Shown here piece by piece: positions 55,790 to 64,000 of a stretch of 64,000 bases of DNA (position 1 is the first letter of the stretch; every line of letters starts with the position of its first letter). The notes beneath the pieces are model-generated. The model saw nothing but the letters and a program-made list of their open reading frames with translations. It was not told where the DNA came from and searched no databases. The position numbers and the translations under genes are program-made. The DNA comes from Schmidtea nova (Eukaryota): positions 12,462,001-12,526,000 of the forward strand of contig CM097882.1 of NCBI GenBank assembly GCA_044892505.1. Direction: 5' to 3'.

Positions 55790-56275
55790 GTCAATTTTTT
55801 ACGCCATTTTGAATGTTAAGGTCAAATTTTTACGCCATTTTGAATTTCAAGGTCAAATTTTTACGCCATTTTGAATTTTAAGGACAAAACTTTACGCCAT
55901 TTTGAATTTTAAAGTTAATTTTGTACGCCATTTTGAATTTTAAAGTTAATTTTGTACGCCATTTTGAATTTTAAAGTTAATTTTGTACGCCATTTTGAAT
56001 TTTAAGGTTAAATTTCTACGCCATTTTGAATTTCAAGGTCAAGTGGTGTTAAAAATCAAAATATTGTCGGCCATTTTGAATCGGCCATTTTGTTTTTCAA
56101 GTGGTGTTAAAAATCAAAATATTGTCGGCCATTTTGAATCAGCCATTTTGTTTTTCAAGTGGTGTTAAAAATCAAAATATTGTCGGCCATTTTGAATCGG
56201 CCATTTTGTTTTCAAGTGGTGTTAAAAATCAAAATATTTTCAATGTCAAAGTGGTGTTAAAAAACCAAAATATTT
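55790..56275. repeat. Polinton subterminal tandem repeats (~30-bp TTTTACGCCATTTTGAATTTTAAGGTCAAA units, then ~59-bp AAGTGGTGTTAAAAATC... units)
   Basis: Directly visible, after C-run and T-run tracts. Confidence 0.9.
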
Positions 56276-56586
56276 AGCGAATTTTTTCTATTACATTATT
56301 ATCTAGATACTCGCATGATTTGTGGTAAGTATTTCGAGAACTTCATTTTTCAATGTTAATAAAAATTTAGCACAATAAAAAATTATTTACCTTACAATTT
56401 TAATAGTAGATTTATTAATTCTTAAAACAATTACTTCACAGTACAATAAAATTATCACAGGTCGCTATATAAGAACCACAAGTCACTATATTTACCACTG
56501 TTAACTATAAAAGAAATACACAGCTCACTATTTAAAAGACAACAAATGAAATATACTAAACATTTATTAAAAATATATTAAAAATT

Positions 56587-57111
56587 TTAAGCAAGTCTAG
56601 CGCTATCGATTCTCCAAATGGGTGACATAACATCCTTAGCATCTATTTTATATCCTTGAATTGTAATAGAAATAAACCAATTTTCATGATCTTTATATTC
56701 TATTGGTTGAAAGTCATCATGATATCGGCTGTTACGATTGTTGAAGAATACATTTTCATTACATGTCAAATTTTTATTGATTTTCATCAGAACTTTATTA
56801 ACAGCAACAACATCTTGTTTATATATTTTCCCCATAAAATTTGAATATTGTGACTTGACTAAATTAACTGGATGAATGAATTTGAATTCAATTTCCTTTT
56901 CCAAGAAAAACATTTGATGTTCATGAAACATTTGAACGGGTTTGACATTTGGTTTAATTTTCTTTGAATTTTCATTCGACTCCTCAAATATTTTCTTGAT
57001 TGGGCTTGATTTCTGGAAACTGAAAACAGATTGCATTTTATGATGATATATAAATTTATCCTTGTATTTATACTCGTTATTTTTTGTGTGCATCCAATGA
57101 AATTCGTTCAT
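56587..57111 (-). CDS. Polinton ORF of unknown function (weakly suggestive of a ssDNA-binding OB-fold)
   Basis: 174-aa ATG ORF; C-terminal ISITIQGYKI..VMSPIWRI only loosely resembles viral SSB C-termini. Confidence 0.45.
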   Translation of the reverse strand: MNEFHWMHTKNNEYKYKDKFIYHHKMQSVFSFQKSSPIKKIFEESNENSKKIKPNVKPVQMFHEHQMFFLEKEIEFKFIHPVNLVKSQYSNFMGKIYKQDVVAVNKVLMKINKNLTCNENVFFNNRNSRYHDDFQPIEYKDHENWFISITIQGYKIDAKDVMSPIWRIDSARLA

Positions 57112-57488
57112 ATGAATTACACATTATGTTTGCAAGTTCATGACCTTTGTGTGCATTCATGACTAATGTCATGCACATGTTTTGCATATGTTTTGCATCT
57201 CTATTGCTAATGATTTTTTAAATATAGTTTCAATGAGTTTATTAATTATAAAACAAATATAAAAACTAATTCCTAAAATTACTTTTTTAATATTCCACCA
57301 ATAAAAATTACTAAAATGACTACATCAATAAATTCAATTTCTAGAAATAAATTTTATTTTCCACTAATAAAACAATGATATAAAACTCTTAAATAAAGTC
57401 ATACAAGACTTAAACAATAAAAATAGGTTGTAAACAAATATTAAACACTATAACACTTTCTAAACATTTATTACCATAAAATTAATAA

Positions 57489-57826
57489 TTATAATTTTCT
57501 AAGTTCTTTTCGTAGTAGCCACTTGTGATATTTCTGTGTCCTATAGAGACAACTATCACATCTATATGCACAGACAATGTTTGCGCTGCAGCTCGGTAGA
57601 TCATCATCTAAGTTGTGTAGATGTTCTGCCAGGACTTCATTGAGATCGATGCCGGTAATAGCTTGAATCTTATATGGCAGGAGCTCCGGAGCACAATATA
57701 CAAGTTCTCGCATCAGTTTAGGGTATAGATCCTCCATCTTTGAAATGAGAACACCCATCAGTTTATCTTAAACGAATGAGAATGTTAAAAATAACTATAA
57801 AATAATCGATTCTTACCATTAGACAT
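57489..57826 (-). CDS. Small Cys-containing Polinton gene with a 50-nt intron (57767-57816)
   Basis: ATG TCT AAT G|gtaaga...tttaag|AT AAA CTG ATG GGT splices in frame; C-x6-C-x3-C-x2-C cluster. Confidence 0.5.
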
Positions 57827-57932
57827 ATTTAAAGACATTTTGTTCATATAAATCTAATGAAATTAACTGCGTTATATACTAAATATTTCAACACACCGTC
57901 AACCAATCAAAATCAAGTGTTTTATTATGTAA

Positions 57933-58403
57933 TTATACAATGAGTAATAAAAAATTCAAAATTTCCACGTCATCAATCACTGATTTGATGTCGTTAATAA
58001 TTTCATCAATCAAATCCTGATAGCTTAATGTTTTTATACCAAGTATAACTACTTTACCACTGTTGAATATATTAACACATAAAGGGTTATACTTAGTATA
58101 TCTCAATGCCGGAAATATTTCTGGTTCAAATAGACAATCAATGTTTCTTGATAATTCGTGTAGATTGACACAATTTCCAATATCTGTAGTAACTGTAATT
58201 GATTGTATTTGCAAATCATTTATTTCGTAAAATAAATCTTCAGGTTTAAGAGACTGTTTACATCCCATTATTCTACATTTCCCTGACTTGAAAAATATAA
58301 TTGGATACTTTCCACTCCTATCCACAATTTGTTGTGGTTTACCATTTGGAAATTTCATATGGGAAACACAACATCTGCCTTTGTAATTTATGTTGCTTAA
58401 CAT
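57933..58403 (-). CDS. TATA-binding-protein-like protein encoded by the Polinton
   Basis: Two TBP-type repeats: YPIIFFKSGKCRIMGCK and FEPEIFPALRYTKYNPLCVNIFNSGKVVILGIK (cf. TBP YEPELFPGLIY...LIFVSGKVVLTGAK). Confidence 0.85.
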   Translation of the reverse strand: MLSNINYKGRCCVSHMKFPNGKPQQIVDRSGKYPIIFFKSGKCRIMGCKQSLKPEDLFYEINDLQIQSITVTTDIGNCVNLHELSRNIDCLFEPEIFPALRYTKYNPLCVNIFNSGKVVILGIKTLSYQDLIDEIINDIKSVIDDVEILNFLLLIV

Positions 58404-58492
58404 TATTTAACTGAGTATTTTTCAAATAATTTTGATAAAAGTAAAATAATGAATTTAAACAAATATAAACAATAACAATAAACAATTAATAT

Positions 58493-59122
58493 TTGAAAAT
58501 GGAATTAAGAAATGATGCAGTTTATCAAATTGTAGGTCCAAGTGGAAGTGGAAAAACATTATTTGTTTGTAAATTATTACAATCAAAATTATTCAAATCA
58601 AAGTTTAACAAAATTTATTGGCATAGGGGAGCTGATGATGAACATGGAATGACTCAAGATCAATTCTGCAAGATTAAAATGACAATAATAAAGGGATTTG
58701 ATAAAAACTGGTCGTCTAGATTACGAAGTGGTGATGTGATTATTATCGATGATTTGTATCAAGAAGCAAATAAAGAGAAGGATTTTAATAATTTATTTAC
58801 AAAAATCGCTAGACACAAGGGTGTTACAGTTATTTTTATTACTCAGAATTTATTTCATCAGGGTGGCAGTCATCGGACTCGAAATTTAAATGTTCAATAT
58901 CTAGTTATTTTTAAAAATCCTAGAGATGCCACAGTTATTGATTTTCTTGCAAGACAAGCTTACCCTAATAATCGGAATTTTTTGATCAATGCATTTCAAG
59001 ATGCAACTAAAGTCCCACATGGTTATATTTTTCTTGACTTTACTCAACAATGTAGTGATGAATTACGTGTTAGAACCGATATTTTTAACAAAGAAGGAGC
59101 CATGGTTTATAAACAAAGTTAA
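58493..59122 (+). CDS. A32/FtsK-like DNA-packaging ATPase
   Basis: Walker A GPSGSGKT, Walker B IIIDD, IARH, ITQN. Confidence 0.95.
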   Translation: MKMELRNDAVYQIVGPSGSGKTLFVCKLLQSKLFKSKFNKIYWHRGADDEHGMTQDQFCKIKMTIIKGFDKNWSSRLRSGDVIIIDDLYQEANKEKDFNNLFTKIARHKGVTVIFITQNLFHQGGSHRTRNLNVQYLVIFKNPRDATVIDFLARQAYPNNRNFLINAFQDATKVPHGYIFLDFTQQCSDELRVRTDIFNKEGAMVYKQS

Positions 59123-59131
59123 AAATCATGT

Positions 59132-59689
59132 TTGAAATTAATCATGATACTTAAAGCACGTGCCAAACAACCAAAGTTATCTAAACTTAGAAAAGTTATT
59201 AAAAAGAATCGTGAAACAATAATTCCGTCTAAAACTAGTTTCACACCCCCTAAAACATTAATCACCGAAAATTTTCCAAGAATGAATCTTATTTCACATA
59301 ATTCAAAACCAAAAACGTCAAAGGCTCCAAAGGAATCTATAAATAAAAAATCTAAAAATCATCGCAGTTTTTCGTTTTTTAATGCATTACTCAAGGCTCC
59401 AAGCATTAGAAGAATGAGTATTTTACAATCATTTCCCAATTACGTAATTGATGATTTACTTGATGTTATAGTTAAAGTGGTAAAAGGTAAAATCAATATT
59501 AGTAAATCAAATAAAACTGTTTTGAACAAACATAAGAAACCATTATTATCGCTCGTAAATACTAAAAATAAAAAACAAATGCGAAAAATAATATATAAAC
59601 AACATGGAGGTTTTATTGCGGCATTGTTACCATTAGCACTATCTTTATTAGGCGGTGTAGGATTACTAGGAAAACCCTCAACATCATAA
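59132..59689 (+). CDS. Basic Polinton protein with C-terminal QHGG|FIAALLPLAL segment
   Basis: Lys-rich ORF between ATPase and integrase; xGG site followed by an amphipathic/hydrophobic tail. Confidence 0.7.
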   Translation: MKLIMILKARAKQPKLSKLRKVIKKNRETIIPSKTSFTPPKTLITENFPRMNLISHNSKPKTSKAPKESINKKSKNHRSFSFFNALLKAPSIRRMSILQSFPNYVIDDLLDVIVKVVKGKINISKSNKTVLNKHKKPLLSLVNTKNKKQMRKIIYKQHGGFIAALLPLALSLLGGVGLLGKPSTS

Positions 59690-59756
59690 ACAATGGGTCA
59701 ATTACCGATTGGTCATATACCTAATCTTAAATTAAATTTTAATTCTTCTTGTTGCA

Positions 59757-60811
59757 ATGGAGAAGATATGGACAAACCCAAAAGATCCCGCCGGTTTCGG
59801 TGGAGTCGAAAAGTTAAAGAAAAAAGTCCCAAACTCGACAAAAGAGACTCAAAAATGGTTATCGGGTCAACTGGCATACAGTCTAAACAAACCAGCATTG
59901 AAAAGATTTCCAACAAGAGCATATAAAACATATGGTATTAACGACTTGTGGCAAATGGATTTGATGGAAATGATTCCCTATTCAAATATTAACAAGGGAT
60001 ATAAATATATTTTAACATGTATCGATGTCTTCAATAGATTTGCCCGTGCTATTCCTACCAAAACTAAATCAGCAAATGAAATGGCTATTGCAATGAAAAC
60101 TATGTTTAAATCCGGTCGTCCAAAAAACTTACAAACTGATTTGGGTAAGAATATATACTTATTCTATACATTTTTAATTATAATTTAGGTAAAGAATTTT
60201 ACAATAGTAAAGTTAAAGAAGTTTTGGCCGGGATTAATCATTACTCTGTGTTTTCTCAATTCAAAGCAGCCCATGTTGAACGATTTAATCGTACATTAAG
60301 AGATCGTTTGAAAAGGTATTTTGTACATCAAGGTAATAAAACATGGATTAATGTATTGCCAAAAATAATACATAGTTATAATCATTCGTCACATAAAGGT
60401 ATAAATGGATTGAGACCTGTTGATGTTTCAACGAAAAATACTGGATCTCACAAATTAACAACTAGTATAAATAAACCGAAATATAAAATTGGTGATCATG
60501 TTCGAATTAGCAAGATTAGCGCTTCGCCATTCATCAAAAATTTTGATAGTAATTGGAGTGATGAGGTATTTCAGATCACAAAAATTAATATTAGCCAAGA
60601 CCCTGTCATGTATGTTATTTCTGACTCTGACAATAATGTAGTTAGGGGGAAATTTTACGAGCAAGAATTACAAGTTATTCCTCCGCCTACTGTATTTAGA
60701 ATTCAAAAAATATTAAAAACTAAAATGGTGGGTAAGGATAAACAATACTACGTAAAGTGGCATGGATATCAAAACCCTTCATGGATATCATCAAAAGACC
60801 TAGTAAAGTGA
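59757..60811 (+). CDS. Polinton retroviral-like integrase with C-terminal chromodomain; 44-nt intron (60145-60188)
   Basis: WQMDL, LQTDLG|KEF across TTGG|gtaaga...tttag|GT, VERFNRTL; chromodomain QYYVKWHGYQNPSWI. Confidence 0.92.
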
Positions 60812-61827
60812 ATTTTTATACTATATTACCGAGTAATAGCTGTCCATTAATACATCCAGATAATGAAGCCAGTAAATTCATGGTCAATCTTCAAAATCCG
60901 ATTTATTTAGATGGTAATTGGGAAGTTGCATTGCAAGATTTCACGTTTGTGTACAATACATTTCCATTTTATAGTCAATGTAAGATTGATTACAAGAGAA
61001 TTGAAACTATAACATGTAGTGGTCTTTTCATTATCAACAACTTTGATAGATTCTATAAAATTCCTAATCAGAATCTGGCTGCTCATTGTAGTATGTTTTA
61101 CAATAATGGATGTTTAAATATTAATTGCGACTTTACTCCATATACAATTACATTTGAAAATATTGAAGAAGCAAAACGAATGGGAAGTAATCAACTCAAA
61201 ATTGTAAGTAAACTGAAAGAATATCAATTAAAGTTCATATTATTTGAACCGAATAGTTATATGAAAGAAGATATTAAGATAACAATATCTTATGATGCAG
61301 AAATTGAAGAAACATTTACATTTGCAAATGATTTGTATATAGTGCAATTGGAAGATTTATCTAAATATTTATCATTCAACTGCTCCCATATCTTTAAAAC
61401 TCTAGAGATTAACAAATGGTTTCAATTCAGTCTCAACGATAATATTAGCGAAGTTACATTCGATAAAAACTTGGTCAATAATTTAGGATTAAATAAACAA
61501 ACTTATAGAGATCGAAACCTTATTGATGGGACTGTGAAACCAAAAATACTTGTTCATCATCAACAAATGTTCATTTACAGTAACATTATTGAACCAATAA
61601 TTGTCGGTGATTCTCTGGTTCCTCTACTGAAATCTGTATGGATCGACAAATATGAACAGGATGAAGTTGTACAAATAGTAATGGATAATCCAATGTATTT
61701 ACCTATTTCTACTTCATGTATAAACAATATAGAAATAAATATCCGTGACGATAGTGGTAAATTAATAAATTTTCCAAAAGATTCAAAAACACATTTGACA
61801 TTACATTTTCGTAAATTAAATGATTAA
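60757..61827 (+). CDS. Polinton minor capsid (penton-like) protein
   Basis: FYTILPSNS..N....F.VNL..PIYLDGNWEVAL...FIYSNIIEP.IVGD..VPLL...Y.P.....I..IEINIRD..G..I.F...LHFR. True start uncertain. Confidence 0.85.
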   Translation: MAWISKPFMDIIKRPSKVNFYTILPSNSCPLIHPDNEASKFMVNLQNPIYLDGNWEVALQDFTFVYNTFPFYSQCKIDYKRIETITCSGLFIINNFDRFYKIPNQNLAAHCSMFYNNGCLNINCDFTPYTITFENIEEAKRMGSNQLKIVSKLKEYQLKFILFEPNSYMKEDIKITISYDAEIEETFTFANDLYIVQLEDLSKYLSFNCSHIFKTLEINKWFQFSLNDNISEVTFDKNLVNNLGLNKQTYRDRNLIDGTVKPKILVHHQQMFIYSNIIEPIIVGDSLVPLLKSVWIDKYEQDEVVQIVMDNPMYLPISTSCINNIEINIRDDSGKLINFPKDSKTHLTLHFRKLND

Positions 61828-62206
61828 TCCAGATATAATTTCATTGTATAGTAATAGCCAAACTGGTGGTGAATTACCTTATTTTGCTGGTAAACAGTAT
61901 GGATCAGGTTGGTTAAAAACTATAGGGCGATTTGCACTCCCAATTCTTAAGAGAATCGGTAGTTTTGGTTTAAAAACTGCCAAAGATGTCATCATGAATG
62001 ATCAGAAAATATTACCATCATTGAAAACAAATGCTTTGTCTGCCATTGGTAAAGTCTTGCCTACTGTGACTAGTATGATTCCTAATGTTGCAAGTATGTT
62101 TAATAAAGATGAACCTGAATCTGAACAAGTGGAGCCTAGACGTAAAAAGCATCGAAAGTATATAAACAATCGAATGAAAGGACATGGAACTATATTTGCA
62201 AAATGA
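61820..62206 (+). CDS. Small conserved Polinton protein (core/cement-like)
   Basis: QTGGELPYFAGKQYGSGW...RFALPILK pattern; overlaps neighbours by ATGA-type junctions. Confidence 0.7.
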   Translation: MINPDIISLYSNSQTGGELPYFAGKQYGSGWLKTIGRFALPILKRIGSFGLKTAKDVIMNDQKILPSLKTNALSAIGKVLPTVTSMIPNVASMFNKDEPESEQVEPRRKKHRKYINNRMKGHGTIFAK

Positions 62207-63423
62207 TTTGTGGTAAATCTGAATTATGTCTTTTTGATCGACCATCACCTCAAGCAGTTATTGAATATGGAGCATTTGAAGAAGTATTTCCCATGAATTC
62301 TATTACAGACGGTAGAAATGATGTGGAATTTTATATTAACGGATCTCAATCTGAATATTTGGATTTGAATGATACTTTACTAACAGTTCAAATAAAAGTT
62401 GTAAATGCCGATAAAAAAGATTTGTCTGCAACTGATGATGTTATACCAAACAATTTCATGTTTCATACTCTATTCAAAGATGCAATTCTTGGGTTTAATA
62501 ATATCAAGATTGAAGGTGGAAACAATACTTATGCACACAAGGCAATAATCGAAACTATTTTAAATTATAATGGTGATACTAAAGAAACTTGTCTAACTCC
62601 AATGGGATATGGAGATTCTGACGAGAGAAAAGCGTGGATCAAAGGCTCAAAATTATTCACAATGTGTTCTTCTCTACAACTGGATTTCATGGATTAGCCG
62701 AAATATTTACTTCCTTGTGTCAATGTTCATATCAGACTGAAGCGATCCGATTCTGCATTATCATTATATTCTAAAAGTGGAGCTCCGAAATGTCAATTAG
62801 TTGATGCAAAATTAATGATTCGCCGTGTTCGTGTTGAACCATCTGTATTAGCTGGACATCAAGTTGGACTTAATTCAAAACATGCAATTTATCCAATGAA
62901 AACCAAAGAAATCGTGCAGTTTGCCATTGGTAAAGGTGCATCATCTTTCTATAAAGAACAAATATTCGGCGATCGAAGAATGCCTAATTTTATTCTGGTC
63001 GCATTTCAAAGTGAAACTCAATACAATGGATCATATACTGCATCAAGTTCGAAATTTAAACATTTCAATGTAACTTCTCTATCTCTATCGAAAAACACTG
63101 ATTATCGAGAAACATATACTCAAGATTTCGAAAATGATAATTATTGTACTACATATATGCAGTCGATGGTCAGAAATATGGGATATTTAGATAAGAATTT
63201 GAAATGTGGTATAACACTAGCCGATTTTAAAAACAAATACCCTTTCTTTACATTTGTTTTGGCTCCGGATTTCGATTTAAATCAAAGTCAATTACCTCAA
63301 AATGGAAATTTGAGATTGGATATAAAGTTTTCTAAAGCTATTGAAGAACCAGTACATGTAATAATATATGGAGTATTTGAAAATGAAATCCAAATTACTG
63401 CCAATCGAACAGTTTTGGTTTAA
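62203..63423 (+). pseudogene. Polinton major capsid protein with one in-frame TAG (62695-62697)
   Basis: KSELCLF, YLDLNDT, LDFMD*PKYLLP.V...RLKRS, FFTFVLAPD, LRLDIKF. The two ORFs are in the same frame. Confidence 0.9.
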
Positions 63424-63432
63424 ATTATTAAA

Positions 63433-63844
63433 ATGTATAAGTTTAAGTTAACAATTTGTTATGGAGTAAGTTTTATTATTTATCAAATAAATCTATTTAT
63501 CTAGTTCTATTCAGGTTAATCGAATTGGAAAACAATTATTGGGAAATGAATTTATTGGCGTCTATCCACTAGATAAAATCCCTTATTTAGATATCAATCA
63601 AGCCATGGTCGTCAATACTCAATCATCTACTTTAGGTGGTGAACATTGGATTGCTGTATATGTGAAACCAATCAAAGTATATGCATTTGATCCATTCGGA
63701 TGTTACTATCCAAGTTTATTAGTTAGTAAACTTCAAACTTTAGGTAAACCTATTGTATATAATCGAATTCGGTATCAACATCCATTAACAATTACTTGTG
63801 GTCAACATTGCCTTGCATGGCTTAATTCTATGTTCAAAGTATAA
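63433..63844 (+). CDS. Adenain-like cysteine protease, probable 49-nt intron (63466-63514)
   Basis: FIGVYP.D, VVNT...GEHWIAV, FDPFG, YQ.....TCGQHC (H-D-Q-C). GGA|gtaagt...ttcag|GTT is in phase 0. Confidence 0.88.
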
Positions 63845-64000
63845 ACAATGTAGTTTAATAAATGTTTTTAGAAAAAAGATGACTTGTTATTTTATTGATA
63901 TTTATGGTTATAATGATAATGCAGGTGGGTTAATTATTAAGGAACTATGTATTATGAATGTAAATAATATTTTTCGACCAAAGTATTGGATATATAATGA

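Larger units (their letters stand above)
55668..64000 (+). mobile_element. Polinton/Maverick (left end through protease gene; pPolB and right TIR not in window)
   Basis: Starts AGTAGTA..., has subterminal repeats, then packaging ATPase, integrase, minor and major capsid and cysteine protease. Confidence 0.93.

Overview
AT-rich metazoan genomic DNA (a planarian-like host is plausible but unproven) with four N-gaps, almost entirely made of mobile elements inserted in and around a minus-strand host ionotropic glutamate-receptor-like gene (exons at 36613-36924 and 4523-4741). The dominant feature is a ~29.8 kb Ty3/gypsy LTR element (6475-36274, minus strand) with 3.08 kb LTRs, TG...CA ends, a 4-bp AAAA target duplication and a tRNA-Pro PBS. 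Beyond gag/PR/RT/RH/IN it carries unusual cargo: three ubiquitin-like domains, an AT-hook, a Bcl-2-like domain and a chuvirus/gB-type envelope glycoprotein in the pol reading frame UPSTREAM of the protease; two ankyrin-repeat ORFs in frame after integrase; FN3-like membrane protein ORFs; a RING-zinc finger-MATH TRAF; an IAP-type RING ORF in the 5' leader; coiled-coil ORFs; and ORFs inside the LTR. This copy is decayed (in-frame stops, frameshifts, part of RT replaced by an 827-bp internal duplication). Also present: a decayed BEL/Pao element with a ubiquitin-like domain ending LKGG fused ahead of gag (38908-44895); a nearly intact CsRn1-like Ty3/gypsy element with a GGGAAAC slippery site and pseudoknot (51146-55596); the left part of a Polinton/Maverick (55668 to window end) with ATPase, integrase, capsids, protease and a TBP-like gene; a decayed Polinton relic (~690-2445); a pogo remnant; two palindromic MITE-like copies; and satellites. 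All domain calls are by-eye motif recognition; no database search was run. Giant 'Burro' LTR elements are known from the planarian Schmidtea mediterranea, so novelty of the large element must be checked against them.
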